NCBI GenBank assembly: GCA_900016865.1
Contig: FIZI01000006.1
Coordinates: 114,781-178,780, forward strand
Direction: 5' to 3'
DNA from: an uncultured Clostridia bacterium
Lineage (GTDB): Bacteria; Bacillota; DTU014
DNA length: 64,000 nt
Of the stretch, positions 1-10,591 are shown in pieces (within the stretch, counting starts at the first letter, position 1; every line of letters begins with the position of its first letter). The notes beneath the pieces were generated by a model, which was not told the DNA's origin, made no database searches, and was given only the letters and a program-made list of their open reading frames with translations. Both the position numbers and the translations under genes were made by a program.

Positions 1-168
1 GTTCTTTAGGCAATGCAGAATAATGGTTTGGCAGGTTCGCATGTGTGCAAAAAGGTTCTGTGACCCTGCCGTCATACGTTTTGTTCTGATGATTTGACTT
101 CAGTCTCAGTTCTTTAAACCGCGTATTGTGCGTCTGTATGCGGTCGGCCAATCTGACAATCGTGGGGG

Positions 169-867
169 ATGAGGGTTTTGTCGGTCATAGGACAGAGGGT
201 CTTTGTTTCCCGTTGCCCCAGATGTGCCAAGCTCGAGATTCGCCAAGTCTCAATTTTCGAATTCTCCGGCCGTCAGACGATTACCATCTCCTGTTCATGT
301 GGATACAAGAAAGCATCGGTATACTCTTTTCGCCATCGGAGTTACTATATACGAATGCACTGCTTAGCGTGCAGCATGGACCATGTGTGGAACGCCTCGT
401 TTGCTGATTTTTGGAAAAGTCCTGTCTTCGTGTGCCAGTGCGTCAGCTCGGGAGTCGACGCCTCCTATTTGTGTGATCCAGATGAGGTCAGCAACGTGAT
501 CGAGAGTCTTGATGCTCTAGTGCCTATCGAGTTCCTCGCTGTTGACGACACTCGCGACGATTTCTTTGTCAGTCCCAGAGTAATGGGCGAGGTTTTAAGC
601 AGAATACGTATCCTGGAGGACAGAGGAGACGTATACTGTCAGTGCGGCAATGACGAACTCAAGATCGAGGTGTTCGGCGACCGGGTTGAGTTGAGCTGTC
701 AGGACTGTGGTAGCCTGTGCATTGTTTACGCAGAGAACGCCGAGGATCTTGACGTGGTACGGGACATAGATTGCATTTTGCTTAGTGAAAGTGGGTTTAG
801 CTGCGTAGATTCGCGCAAGTTCGGACATGGCTTAAGTACTCCTCAGAACAAGCGGCATTCTGACTGA
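169..867 (+). CDS. Cys-rich hypothetical protein (probable zinc-binding)
   Basis: 232-aa ORF with several CxxC/CxC pairs (CPRC, CSC, CLAC, CQC, CQDC); true start may be the TTG at ~178. Confidence 0.7.
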   Translation: MRVLSVIGQRVFVSRCPRCAKLEIRQVSIFEFSGRQTITISCSCGYKKASVYSFRHRSYYIRMHCLACSMDHVWNASFADFWKSPVFVCQCVSSGVDASYLCDPDEVSNVIESLDALVPIEFLAVDDTRDDFFVSPRVMGEVLSRIRILEDRGDVYCQCGNDELKIEVFGDRVELSCQDCGSLCIVYAENAEDLDVVRDIDCILLSESGFSCVDSRKFGHGLSTPQNKRHSD

Positions 868-1135
868 TTTAGGGGTACATGGTTCACGCTGAGTCTATGA
901 CTACACGCCTTACCTCGTTTCCGCTGTCCACTCATGTGGCCTAAAATAGAACTGTAACGCGACCGAATCTGCACTGCCATGTTTATTGGCAATGTCTTGT
1001 CTGTTGCGCATACATACGCGCCACCTGGCATATCGAAGCGCTCCTGCGAAATATTCGCTCCCTATGTCAACGGACTAGGCGATATGTGACAGCTCTTTCG
1101 GACACCATTCTTTTTATGGGAAGGTTGATTCTTAG

Positions 1136-2425
1136 ATGAACATTGCAGATCTTGAGAGAAACAGTGTTTCTGAACTCCAAGCGATTGCCAAGGAACTGGG
1201 GATTGTCGGATACAGCAAGATGCGCAAGAAGGACCTTATCCTTGAGATCCTCAGAAACAACATGCAGAAGGAGGGCCTCCTGTTCGCCGAAGGCATATTG
1301 GAAGTGTTGCCGGACGGATTTGGATTTTTGAGAGTGGGAGGGATGACTCCGAGCCCGGATGACATATATGTATCGCCATCTCAGATACGTCGGTTCAACA
1401 TGAGAAAGGGCGATCTTATCTCCGGACAGGTGCGCCCCCCAAAAGACGGAGAGAAGTATTTCGCACTGCTGAGAGTAGAGGCAATCAACTCGACAGATCC
1501 GGAGATTGCCCAATCAAGGATGCACTTCGAGGACTTGACTCCACTATATCCTGCGGACCGATTGAGGTTGGAAGTATCCCCGGACAACATAACAATGCGG
1601 CTCATCGATCTATTGATTCCCTTGGGTCGCGGTCAGCGTGGACTCATCGTATCTCCTCCTAAGGCCGGTAAGACAACCATTCTCAAACAGATCGCGAACT
1701 CACTGACGACCAACTACCCTGACATAGACTTGATAGTCCTGCTTGTCGACGAACGGCCTGAGGAAGTCACAGATATGGAGCGCTCGGTCAAAGGTATGGT
1801 AGTTAGTTCCACGTTCGACCAGCCCGCAAGCAATCATATACGAGTAGCAGAGATGGTACTCGAACGCGCCAAGCGCCTTACAGAGCACAAACGCCATGTG
1901 GTCATACTACTTGACAGCATTACCCGCTTGGCACGTGCTTACAACCTCGAGGAGCCTCCAAGCGGTCGAACTCTCTCCGGAGGCGTCGATCCAGCAGCAT
2001 TACACCACCCGAAACGCTTCTTTGGAGCTGCACGCAACGTTGAGGAAGGCGGCAGCATGACCATAATCGCCACTGCTCTTGTTGAGACGGGCAGCCGCAT
2101 GGACGAGATCATTTTTGAGGAGTTTAAGGGCACAGGCAACATGGAGATCCATCTAGACCGGAGGTTGGCAGAGAGACGTATATTCCCTGCTATTGACATC
2201 AATCGGTCAGGAACGCGCAAAGAGGAACTCCTGTTTACCCCCGAGGAACTGGAGTGCGCGTGGATCCTCAGGAAGGCTATGAGCTCACTGGGTGTGGCCG
2301 AGACCACTGAGTTGGTCATAGACAGGATCAGAGGAACGCGCAACAACATCGAGCTTGTCAAGCTGATAACAGAATCTGATTTCGCAGAAAACCTCCGCTC
2401 CAAGATGAGGGACATGGAGTTCTGA
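1136..2425 (+). CDS. rho: Transcription termination factor Rho
   Basis: [19 protein letters not shown], Walker [29 protein letters not shown]. Confidence 0.99.
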   Translation: MNIADLERNSVSELQAIAKELGIVGYSKMRKKDLILEILRNNMQKEGLLFAEGILEVLPDGFGFLRVGGMTPSPDDIYVSPSQIRRFNMRKGDLISGQVRPPKDGEKYFALLRVEAINSTDPEIAQSRMHFEDLTPLYPADRLRLEVSPDNITMRLIDLLIPLGRGQRGLIVSPPKAGKTTILKQIANSLTTNYPDIDLIVLLVDERPEEVTDMERSVKGMVVSSTFDQPASNHIRVAEMVLERAKRLTEHKRHVVILLDSITRLARAYNLEEPPSGRTLSGGVDPAALHHPKRFFGAARNVEEGGSMTIIATALVETGSRMDEIIFEEFKGTGNMEIHLDRRLAERRIFPAIDINRSGTRKEELLFTPEELECAWILRKAMSSLGVAETTELVIDRIRGTRNNIELVKLITESDFAENLRSKMRDMEF

Positions 2426-2441
2426 AAGGTGGATCGGTGAC

Positions 2442-3713
2442 ATGCGAGTGCCTGAAGGCCCTAAGCCGGTATTCGCGGACCCCCTCGGCAGACTGCACAC
2501 GGCTTCAGAGCTGCAAGCTGTAGGACGCAGTGGACGAGAGATATGGGCGCTAGAAGAAGAAGACCTGATCCCGCTGCCCCCCGGATCCGACCTCTTCTAC
2601 GCTGTCGGAAGAGTACCCCTTGGAATGAGTCCTGAGACAGGAGAACTCAGAGAGATTTGTCCACTGTCCGAATCGGACGAAACATACCCTGTTGCTGCTA
2701 TCCTTCCTTCGGGGTATACTCGTCTCTTTCTTCCTGCTTGGCAGCGTGAGAGTGATGTCGACCTGCCGCTCTTCGGATACACCGCGGTGGCAGACTTGAG
2801 GGGAGAGTTGTACGTCGCAGCATGTCTGACTGACGACAGCAACAAGTGGAATCCGCTTCACTACAACTCTCCGGAACTGCCTGGCCTGACAGAGGAGTTT
2901 AGGAAGAGGTTCAGAGGCAATCGCATCGTCGAGCAGCTCAGCCGCTGTGCCATCGAATATCACTGCCTAACTGCTCAGAACTTGTTTTATCGGCGCTGGG
3001 AGGCCGGTGTCCCAATCTCGCCTGCGTGCAACGCAAACTGTGTAGGTTGTATCTCCCTTCAAGAGTCCGGATGTTGCCCTTCACCTCAGAGCAGAATCAA
3101 CTTCGCACCGACTATAGATGAGATAGTCGCAGTAGCCGTGTACCACTTGGAGAATGGCGAAGACCCTATGGTCAGTTTTGGCCAGGGATGCGAAGGCGAG
3201 CCGCTTCTGCGAGGTGATGACCTTGTCCAGTCTGTCCGTAGAATACGCGAGCGCACGTCGAAAGGGACTATAAACATTAACACCAACGGGAGTGACCCTG
3301 ATGTGATCTGGAGGCTCGCACAGAACGGGCTGGATTCGATCAGAGTCTCGTTGCTGTCCGCGAAAGCAGAGTCATATAGCAGGTATCATCGCCCTGCGAA
3401 CTACTCCTTGGCCGATGTCCGGAGAACAATCGGCACTGCGCTCGAGTCAGGTGTCTTCGTCTCAATAAACCTTTTGCTGATGCCCGGGTTTACTGATCAA
3501 GAGCCAGAGGTCAACGCTCTGTTTGAGCTCCTCGATCAGCTGCCTGTAGGTATGGTTCAGCTGCGCAATCTGAACATAGACCCTGACGTTTTCTTTGACA
3601 TCATGGGGCTGCCCGCAGCAGGGGGGATCGGGGTCAAACAGCTGATAGACGAGTTGGAGAGCAGATACCCTGATTTGCGAATAGGCAGCTATAGCATTCC
3701 GATCAGGAGTTGA
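2442..3713 (+). CDS. Uncharacterised radical SAM protein
   Basis: CxxxCxxC (CNANCVGC), [15 protein letters not shown]; 16 bp after the rho stop. Confidence 0.9.
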   Translation: MRVPEGPKPVFADPLGRLHTASELQAVGRSGREIWALEEEDLIPLPPGSDLFYAVGRVPLGMSPETGELREICPLSESDETYPVAAILPSGYTRLFLPAWQRESDVDLPLFGYTAVADLRGELYVAACLTDDSNKWNPLHYNSPELPGLTEEFRKRFRGNRIVEQLSRCAIEYHCLTAQNLFYRRWEAGVPISPACNANCVGCISLQESGCCPSPQSRINFAPTIDEIVAVAVYHLENGEDPMVSFGQGCEGEPLLRGDDLVQSVRRIRERTSKGTININTNGSDPDVIWRLAQNGLDSIRVSLLSAKAESYSRYHRPANYSLADVRRTIGTALESGVFVSINLLLMPGFTDQEPEVNALFELLDQLPVGMVQLRNLNIDPDVFFDIMGLPAAGGIGVKQLIDELESRYPDLRIGSYSIPIRS

Positions 3714-3759
3714 TCTCTCTGAGAGGGCAGTGCATGCCAAAGGAGTTGCATCAGGCTAG

Positions 3760-4239
3760 ATGAAGATCGTTGTCTTGGCCGTAGGTATGGTGAAAGAACG
3801 CAGCCTCGCAGCCCTTATATCTGAGTACAAAAAGAGGCTGAGTAGATATTCCTCAGTCTCGATTCGCGAACTGCGCGAGATCCCCTACCGTGAGTCTCTG
3901 AGCGAGTCGCAGAAGGAGCAGATAAAGCAGCAAGAGGGAGAGCGAATCCTCAGGTTGCTGCGCGAGAATTGGCATGTCGTGGCTCTGGATCTGGGCGGCT
4001 CTGAGCTCACCAGCCTTGAGTTCGCTGACTACATCCGGGAGCTCACTGTATCGGGTAAGAGCAACCTCGCTTTTGTGATAGGAGGCAGTCTGGGTTTGTC
4101 ACAGGAGGTACTGAATCGCTCGGATTTCAGACTCAGTCTCTCCAAGATGACTTTGCCACATCAGATTGCGAGGCTCGTCTTGCTGGAGCAGCTTTACAGG
4201 TCTTTCAAGATAATCCGTGGTGAGACATACCATAAGTGA
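3760..4239 (+). CDS. rlmH: 23S rRNA pseudouridine-1915 N3-methyltransferase
   Basis: FVIGGSLG, LSLSKMTLPHQ, EQLYR, C-terminal GETYHK. Confidence 0.98.
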   Translation: MKIVVLAVGMVKERSLAALISEYKKRLSRYSSVSIRELREIPYRESLSESQKEQIKQQEGERILRLLRENWHVVALDLGGSELTSLEFADYIRELTVSGKSNLAFVIGGSLGLSQEVLNRSDFRLSLSKMTLPHQIARLVLLEQLYRSFKIIRGETYHK

Positions 4240-4332
4240 AAGCACTGAAACGAGCTGTGCAGGATTCGCACAGCAGTCGTCAAAGATATACATTCGGAGC
4301 TAGATGCACCGATTGTCGACTGGGAGGTTAAC

Positions 4333-5538
4333 ATGGCTGAGAACTACACTGAACTGATTGAGAGAGCTAAGGAGCATTTTGGCGAACTGCTCGAGCAGCA
4401 GTTGGCCAGGGTGGAGCGTATAAAGCACCAAGGCGATTTCATCGACTACAGCTCGCTTGATAAGCTGGTTATCGGAGTTGTAGGCGGAGACGGTATCGGT
4501 CCGGCCATCACTCATGAGGCCAAGAGGATCCTTGAATTCCTGCTTTCCAAGGAACTCAAGTCAGGCCGGGTGGAACTCAGAACAATCGAGGGTTTGACAA
4601 TAGAAAACAGGATCGCTCAACGTAAGGCAATCCCTGACGACGTGCTGGAGGAGCTGCTCAAGTGCCACGTCATACTCAAAGGCCCGACGACCACTCCAAG
4701 CCGGGTTGACGATGCTCCAAACATAGAGAGTGCAAACGTAGCGATGCGCAGGGAACTGGACCTCTTTGCAAACGTCCGGCCTGTGAGAGTGCCGTCCGAG
4801 GGCATTGACTGGGTCTTTTTCCGCGAAAACACCGAAGGTGCCTATGTCCTGGGCAGCTGCGGGATTGAGGTTACTGACGATTTGGCTGTTGACTTCACGG
4901 TTACAACTACACAAGGCACTGAGCGAATCGTCCGCTTGGCTTTCGAATACGCAAAAAGGAACGGCATCAATCGTGTAAGCGCAGTTACAAAGGCCAATGT
5001 CATAAAGACTACTGACGGCAAGTTCCTTGAAATTGCTTACAAGATAGCGGCCGAGTATCCTGACATCCAGTTTGATGACTGGTACATAGACATAATGACA
5101 GCGAAACTGATCGACAAAGAGAGACGCTCTCAGTTTAGGGTCTTTGTACTTCCCAACCTTTATGGCGATATTCTCACAGACGAAGCAGCGGAGTTTCAGG
5201 GAGGCGTGGGAACTGCGGGAAGTGCCAATATAGGCAAACGATATGCCATGTTCGAAGCTATACACGGGTCCGCTCCTAGGATGGTAAAAGAGGGCAGAGC
5301 TCAATATGCAGATCCGACGAGCATTATCAGAGCTGGAGCGATGTTGCTTGATCACGTAGGTTTCAAGGGGCGAGCGGACAGGCTACATATGGCACTTGAT
5401 ATTTGCGGACAGTATGAAAAGCGGCTTGTAATCACGGGTAGGGCCTCCGGAGCTACCTCTGCTGAATACGCTGACTACATCATGGAGACCCTCGAGCTTC
5501 CGGACCTAAAGGAGAGATGGCAAAGCTATACGAGCTAG
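4333..5538 (+). CDS. Isocitrate/isopropylmalate dehydrogenase family protein
   Basis: GDGIGP, KGPTTTP, RENTEG, PNLYGDILTD, FEAIHGSAP; substrate cannot be assigned by eye. Confidence 0.93.
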   Translation: MAENYTELIERAKEHFGELLEQQLARVERIKHQGDFIDYSSLDKLVIGVVGGDGIGPAITHEAKRILEFLLSKELKSGRVELRTIEGLTIENRIAQRKAIPDDVLEELLKCHVILKGPTTTPSRVDDAPNIESANVAMRRELDLFANVRPVRVPSEGIDWVFFRENTEGAYVLGSCGIEVTDDLAVDFTVTTTQGTERIVRLAFEYAKRNGINRVSAVTKANVIKTTDGKFLEIAYKIAAEYPDIQFDDWYIDIMTAKLIDKERRSQFRVFVLPNLYGDILTDEAAEFQGGVGTAGSANIGKRYAMFEAIHGSAPRMVKEGRAQYADPTSIIRAGAMLLDHVGFKGRADRLHMALDICGQYEKRLVITGRASGATSAEYADYIMETLELPDLKERWQSYTS

Positions 5539-5679
5539 CCTACGGCTGTCAGCGTTACCATACTCAGCAGGAATGCTGTCTTGGTCCTCGAAGATTAATC
5601 AACTAGAACAGCGGAATATGTGAGGCCTCGGTTGTCCACAGCAACTTGCTGGTCTCAGGCAGGTGGAGGTTGATTCTAC

Positions 5680-6756
5680 ATGGAGAAGCTGCGTGTGGGT
5701 ATCGTGGGCGTAGGCGGGATTGCTAATGGGAAGCACATGCCTGCTCTCGCGAAGATTCCAGAAGTTGAGATGGTCGCATTCTGTGACTTGATCCAAGAGC
5801 GAGCAGAGGAGGGTGCGAAGAAGTACGGCACTCCTGATGCAGCGGTCTACACTGACTACAGAGACTTGGTCGCCAGAGATGACATTGACATCGTACACGT
5901 CTGCACCACTAACGACGCTCACTCATTCGTAACTATTGACGCACTTGAATCCGGGAAGCACGTCATGTGTGAAAAACCAATGGCCAAGAACGCAGATGAA
6001 GCCCGCAAGATGGTGGAGGCTGCAAAGAGGACAGGAAAGAAACTGACCATCGGCTATCAGAACAGGTATCGAGCTGACGCTTTCCACCTCAAGAAGCTGT
6101 GTGACGAAGGGTTCTTCGGTGAGATTTACTTCGCCAAGGCACTTGCAGTCCGCAGGAGAGCTGTCCCGACTTGGGGAAGTTTCCTGGACGAGGAACGCCA
6201 AGGCGGCGGGCCATTGATTGACATCGGAACCCATGCCTTGGACCTCACCCTCTTCATGATGAACAACTACGAGCCAGTGATGGCTGTAGGGTCGACATAT
6301 CACAAGCTCGGCAAAATGAAAAACGCCGCGAATGCTTTTGGTCCTTGGGACCCTGACGAATTCACAGTCGAGGACTCTGCGTTCGGATTTGTAACCTTCA
6401 AGAACGGCGCTACAGTTATCCTCGAGTCGAGCTGGGCGCTGAACACGCTCCAGATCGGCGAGGCCATGACGGTCTTGTGCGGCACTAAGGCAGGAGCCGA
6501 CATGCTTGACGGCCTCAGGATCAACGGCGAGGAGCACGGCCGCCTTTACACAAAGAAGGTGGATCTCAGCGTCGGCGGAGTGGCATTCTACGAGGGTGTC
6601 AGTCACGACCCGTCATACATCGAGGCGCGGATGTGGATAGACGCGATACTGAATGACACTGACGTGTATGTCAAGCCTGAGGAAGCCCTGGTCGTAACTG
6701 AGATCTTGGAGGCTATATACCGTTCTGCAGAAAGCGGCAAGCCATACTACTTCTAA
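5680..6756 (+). CDS. Gfo/Idh/MocA family oxidoreductase
   Basis: GIVGVGGIA Rossmann motif, CEKPMA, GGGPLIDIGTH. Confidence 0.95.
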   Translation: MEKLRVGIVGVGGIANGKHMPALAKIPEVEMVAFCDLIQERAEEGAKKYGTPDAAVYTDYRDLVARDDIDIVHVCTTNDAHSFVTIDALESGKHVMCEKPMAKNADEARKMVEAAKRTGKKLTIGYQNRYRADAFHLKKLCDEGFFGEIYFAKALAVRRRAVPTWGSFLDEERQGGGPLIDIGTHALDLTLFMMNNYEPVMAVGSTYHKLGKMKNAANAFGPWDPDEFTVEDSAFGFVTFKNGATVILESSWALNTLQIGEAMTVLCGTKAGADMLDGLRINGEEHGRLYTKKVDLSVGGVAFYEGVSHDPSYIEARMWIDAILNDTDVYVKPEEALVVTEILEAIYRSAESGKPYYF

Positions 6757-6781
6757 TACTCTGGCCAGTAAATGGAGAAAT

Positions 6782-6810
6782 GGGGCGTGGTCGAAGTACC
6801 AGGCCCCTTT
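6782..6810 (+). terminator. Probable intrinsic terminator
   Basis: GGGGCGTGGT...ACCAGGCCCC hairpin plus a short TTT after the stop codon. Confidence 0.45.
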
Positions 6811-6926
6811 GATATTGCCCAAACGCTGGACATCTGTCTTTTTCGAGCTTACAATGTCACTGTAGGACTGCGGAAGTCTTGTCGGTTGTTGGGTCAATGT
6901 AAAGCTTAGAAGAGGTGAAAGCAGGG

Positions 6927-7976
6927 ATGGGACTACGTTTCGGCATCATAGGTTATGGCGGAATGGGTGGGTGGCACAAGCGACACATTGAGAAGCTGGA
7001 GGGCATGGAAGTCACAGCTATTCACGACATCAACCCAGCCCGAGTGGAAGCAGGAGAAGCGGACGGTGTCAAGTCCTATCTGCATCTTCAGGATTTTCTG
7101 AGTGATCCGAATATTGATGCAGTAATAATCGCTACTCCAAATGACAGTCATATGGAGCTTGCACTCGCCAGCGCAGCATGTGGGAAGCACATCATTTGCG
7201 AGAAGCCGGTGGCCATGTCTTCAGCACAGTTAGAAGAGATGATAGCAGCTGCAGAACGTCACAACGTCGTGTTCACAGTCCACCAGAATCGAAGATGGGA
7301 CAAAGACTTCCGCAAGATAATGAACGTACTGCAGTCCGGTGAGATTGGCGAACCATACATTATTGAGTCTCGAGTCCATGGGCCAAATGGAGCGATCTTT
7401 GGCTGGAGGTCCAAGAAGGCTCATGGGGGAGGCATGATGTTGGACTGGGGAGTGCACTTGATAGACCAGCTCCTGTGGATGATTAAGGCTCCTCTTAAGA
7501 GCGTGTACTGCAGAATGCGCAGAGTGCTGAAGCTTGAGGTTGACGACTACTTCAGGGTCCACATGGAGTTCGCCGATGGCCTAATGGCGCATGTCGAAGT
7601 CGGGACTATGTGTTTACAACCGCTGCCGAGGTGGCACGTTGGCGGCAGCATCGGCACGGTCCGCATAGAGACCTTCACTGATGAAGGCGAACTGACCATA
7701 CTGAAGCGTCCTGCGCAGCACACCAACGAGCCTCTGGTTGATACCGGTGCCGGCCCGAGCAGGACCTTTGGCAAGGTCGGAGGAGTAGAGGTGTATCGCC
7801 AGGTACTTGAGGATCCTGGTACGGATTTCCTCGACTTCTACAGGAATTTCAAGGCTTCCGTTGAGGATGGGGCAGAGCTTGCGGTAAAGCCGGACGAGGT
7901 ACGCAGAGTCATGAGAGTGATGGAAGCGTGCTTTGAGTCCGATAGGACCGGAATGCCGGTTGTCTTTGACGAGTAA
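6927..7976 (+). CDS. Gfo/Idh/MocA family oxidoreductase
   Basis: GIIGYGGMG, CEKPVA, GGGMMLDWGVH; ATG 6927 follows GAGGTG. Confidence 0.95.
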   Translation: MGLRFGIIGYGGMGGWHKRHIEKLEGMEVTAIHDINPARVEAGEADGVKSYLHLQDFLSDPNIDAVIIATPNDSHMELALASAACGKHIICEKPVAMSSAQLEEMIAAAERHNVVFTVHQNRRWDKDFRKIMNVLQSGEIGEPYIIESRVHGPNGAIFGWRSKKAHGGGMMLDWGVHLIDQLLWMIKAPLKSVYCRMRRVLKLEVDDYFRVHMEFADGLMAHVEVGTMCLQPLPRWHVGGSIGTVRIETFTDEGELTILKRPAQHTNEPLVDTGAGPSRTFGKVGGVEVYRQVLEDPGTDFLDFYRNFKASVEDGAELAVKPDEVRRVMRVMEACFESDRTGMPVVFDE

Positions 7977-8026
7977 GAGGCAGTCGGTCTGAATGCTGCT
8001 GCCAGTATGCCTTTGAGACACTGCAC

Positions 8027-8068
8027 AAAAAGCAAGAGCCCGAGATCCGGTCAGGTCTCGGGCTCTTG
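8027..8068 (-). terminator. Intrinsic terminator of tRNA-Gln
   Basis: 13-bp stem CAAGAGCCCGAGA/TCTCGGGCTCTTG with a T-run on the minus strand. Confidence 0.85.
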
Positions 8069-8073
8069 ACCAA

Positions 8074-8147
8074 TGGCTGGGGAGGAAGGACTCGAACCCT
8101 CGCTACCAGAGCCAGAATCTGGCGTCCTACCACTAGACGACTCCCCA
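8074..8147 (-). tRNA. tRNA-Gln (CTG)
   Basis: Minus strand reads TGGGGAG...CCAGA-TT-CTG-GC-TCTGG...GGTTCGAGTCC...CTCCCCAGCCA. Confidence 0.97.
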
Positions 8148-8174
8148 TCAAAACCGTTTGTCCGATCGATGACT

Positions 8175-8203
8175 AGTATACCACAGAAATTCTCCTTTGT
8201 AAA
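8175..8203 (-). promoter_or_regulatory. SigA promoter for tRNA-Gln
   Basis: TTTACA-17 bp-TATACT on the minus strand. Confidence 0.8.
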
Positions 8204-8210
8204 CGGGTAA

Positions 8211-8340
8211 GTCGATCAGTGGTCTCCTCCGCTTGCCGTTCGCTCCGCCGTCCTGGCTTCGCTCACTCTGAGAGAGGCAACTCTCCGTCATCCTGACTCC
8301 GAGTTGCCTCAACAGTCGCTACGGAGACCTACTGATCGAC
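8211..8340. repeat. 130-bp nested inverted-repeat element (REP/MITE-like or structured 3' UTR)
   Basis: Outer GTCGATCAGT-GGTCTCC / GGAGACC-T-ACTGATCGAC; inner GAGGCAACTC / GAGTTGCCTC. Confidence 0.6.
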
Positions 8341-8348
8341 CGCTACCT

Positions 8349-9740
8349 TCACCCTCGGTCGGCTGCCGCCACTAGTTCGGGCTCTGATTTGTGTTCGCAT
8401 GTAGAACAGGCTCGGCCTGATTCCTGCCACAGGCGGTCGGCAACCTCCGCCCATTTCGTGGCCGCCTCTCTTGTCCGTGCGCACAAGACCTCGACGTCCT
8501 CGGGAGCTTCGGACTCCGTCGACTTGGCTCCTGACTCTTTGACGATGTCGACGAGTGTATCAGGGTTGTCGAGCAAGGGACACGGACGGAGGTGGTTGCT
8601 GTTGAAGGGCTGGCGCTTCTGGTAAGCCCTAAACAGGGGAGACCGCAAGGCATCCAACAGCGAGACATCATGTATGTTGACACTCGAGTAGTGAATGAAT
8701 GCGCAAGGCTCTACGTCGCCTGCTGCGTTAATGTGGAAATAACTCCTTCCACCGGCTATGCAACCGCCAGTGTACTCGCCATCATTCCAGAAGTCCATAG
8801 CGAAGATCGGCTTGGTTGCACGTATTTCTCTAGTACGTCTATACATGTAGGCACGCTGTTCAGGAGTTGCGATCAAATCAACCCGAGCGTCTTTCCCGAC
8901 GGGTATATATGTGAAGTTCCATGAGAAACGACAACCTCTGTTTATCATGTCATCAACAAACTCATCTGAGGCTACGCTCTCAGTGTTATACCTATGATAG
9001 CATGTTGAGTAGCCAAACAGCAGCTTGTGTTCACGCATTCGCTGCATTGCCTCAATGACTTTCCGGTACGTACCCGCGCCTCGGCGCATGTCAGTAGCAG
9101 CTTCATCGCCCTCGATTGAGAACGCTAGAGAAAAGTTGCCTACTCTAAGCATCTCTTTGCAGAACTCATCGTCAACAAGGGTTCCGTTGGTAAATGCGAA
9201 AAACACGCAATCTTGGTGTTTTTCGCACAACTTGATAATGTCTTTCTTCCGCATAAGCGGCTCGCCGCCGGAGAATATGTAGAAGTGGATGCCGAGCTCC
9301 TTACCCTGGCTAACCACAGAGTCGAGGGTCTCGTATGACAGGGAGTACTTGTGGCCATACTGCTGAGCCCAGCAGCCTACACAAGACAGATTACACGCGC
9401 TCGTCGGATCTATGAGGATTGCCCAAGGTATGTAGCAATCATACTTGGCCTCAGCTTCGCGAGCACGGGCTCTGCCGTCTAGAATCGAGTTGACGAAGAA
9501 CGTCTCTACAAGCTTCTGAAGGTGCTTCAAGTCGATTTCTTCAAATACGCTTTTTGTGAACCGATGCCAGACGCTGTTTTCGTCTTGTATAGCTCTGCGT
9601 ACAGCTCTTATTTCTGAGGTGTACAGCTTCCCGCGGTCCAGCCTCTCCGCAATGTCAAACATCCAGGGCAGCTTATTCATCGGATCGTTGGACAGGTAGC
9701 GAATCAGCATCTCTACAGCTGTGTTTCTGAGTGCTCTCAC
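8349..9740 (-). CDS. Radical SAM protein with SPASM/twitch-like C-terminal Cys motifs
   Basis: CNLSCVGC, SGGEP, FTNGT, GCIAGG...VEPCAF, RPCP; GTG start after GGAGGG. Confidence 0.93.
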   Translation of the reverse strand: MRALRNTAVEMLIRYLSNDPMNKLPWMFDIAERLDRGKLYTSEIRAVRRAIQDENSVWHRFTKSVFEEIDLKHLQKLVETFFVNSILDGRARAREAEAKYDCYIPWAILIDPTSACNLSCVGCWAQQYGHKYSLSYETLDSVVSQGKELGIHFYIFSGGEPLMRKKDIIKLCEKHQDCVFFAFTNGTLVDDEFCKEMLRVGNFSLAFSIEGDEAATDMRRGAGTYRKVIEAMQRMREHKLLFGYSTCYHRYNTESVASDEFVDDMINRGCRFSWNFTYIPVGKDARVDLIATPEQRAYMYRRTREIRATKPIFAMDFWNDGEYTGGCIAGGRSYFHINAAGDVEPCAFIHYSSVNIHDVSLLDALRSPLFRAYQKRQPFNSNHLRPCPLLDNPDTLVDIVKESGAKSTESEAPEDVEVLCARTREAATKWAEVADRLWQESGRACSTCEHKSEPELVAAADRG

Positions 9741-9773
9741 AGCACTTCCCTCCTTCAGACAGTTTATGCCGTT

Positions 9774-9793
9774 GACTGACCGTCCGGTCAGTC
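9774..9793. promoter_or_regulatory. Palindromic operator, probably for the adjacent TetR
   Basis: Perfect IR GACTGACCG-TC-CGGTCAGTC 34 bp upstream of the radical SAM start. Confidence 0.7.
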
Positions 9794-9853
9794 GATCGCG
9801 CGACGTAAACACCACTACGTTTTTAAGGATCTACGCCTAGTCAGACAAGCACA

Positions 9854-10579
9854 TCAACCTCCTATATTCTTGGTCCGGAGCAGCAATTCGCTCCCTGAGA
9901 CCATTGAGTTGATGATGATCCAGAGCGAGTTCAAAAAGGATTCACGTAGTTCCTGATCAGTCAAGTTACTGATCTTCTTGTAATTGTCATAGTAAGATGC
10001 AAAACTTACTATGGGCACGTAACCAAAGAATATGTTGAACACTCGCAGATCATCGGAGTAGGTGAAGTCTTTATCTGCATCGACGATTGCCTTATACAGG
10101 CTGCCCTCGCTGTTATCACGCGTGGATTCATGTATCTTTAGCAGTATGTTGTGGTGTTTACTGCTGCCTTTTAACGACTCGAGCAACAGTATTCGGAGAG
10201 TAGCACGGTGGGCTATTGCGTGATCAAGCACTCGTTCGCAGCAGACACGAAGGCTTCTCAAGAAGTGATCCTTAGCGTCTTCATTGACGAAACTGAGTCG
10301 GTCAGGTTTGATGTCCAGATAGCCTTTCTTGATCATTTGAACGATGCTCTCATGGACGAAGTCAGTGGCGATTGATGTTAGCTTGTCTACAAGTTCACGT
10401 ATCAGGCAATCCAGAATGTCGGCTTTGCTAGAGAAATAGTAGTATATTAGCGCTTTTGTGACACCGGCTGCATCGGCAATCTCAGTCACTCGAGTTGCAT
10501 CAAAGCCTCTTAGGGCGAAGAGCTGAGTTGCCGCGTCTAGGATCCTATTGCGTGCGTCGGGAGCCTCGTCACGATTCAT
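9854..10579 (-). CDS. TetR/AcrR family transcriptional regulator
   Basis: RILDAATQLFALRGFDATRVTEIADAAGVTKALIYYYFSSK HTH; ATG 10579 after GGAGG. Confidence 0.95.
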   Translation of the reverse strand: MNRDEAPDARNRILDAATQLFALRGFDATRVTEIADAAGVTKALIYYYFSSKADILDCLIRELVDKLTSIATDFVHESIVQMIKKGYLDIKPDRLSFVNEDAKDHFLRSLRVCCERVLDHAIAHRATLRILLLESLKGSSKHHNILLKIHESTRDNSEGSLYKAIVDADKDFTYSDDLRVFNIFFGYVPIVSFASYYDNYKKISNLTDQELRESFLNSLWIIINSMVSGSELLLRTKNIGG

Positions 10580-10591
10580 TAAGACGCCTCC

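Noticed and set aside
4215-4340. rlmH (orfX) 3' end as an integration site
   Set aside because: No recombinase, duplicated att sequence or compositional shift follows; housekeeping genes continue
4561-6606. Long antisense ORFs (e.g. 4561-5355, 5923-6606; likewise 18010-18777, 45051-45797, 52273-52983)
   Set aside because: They are shadows of well-supported genes on the opposite strand, with no motifs or RBS
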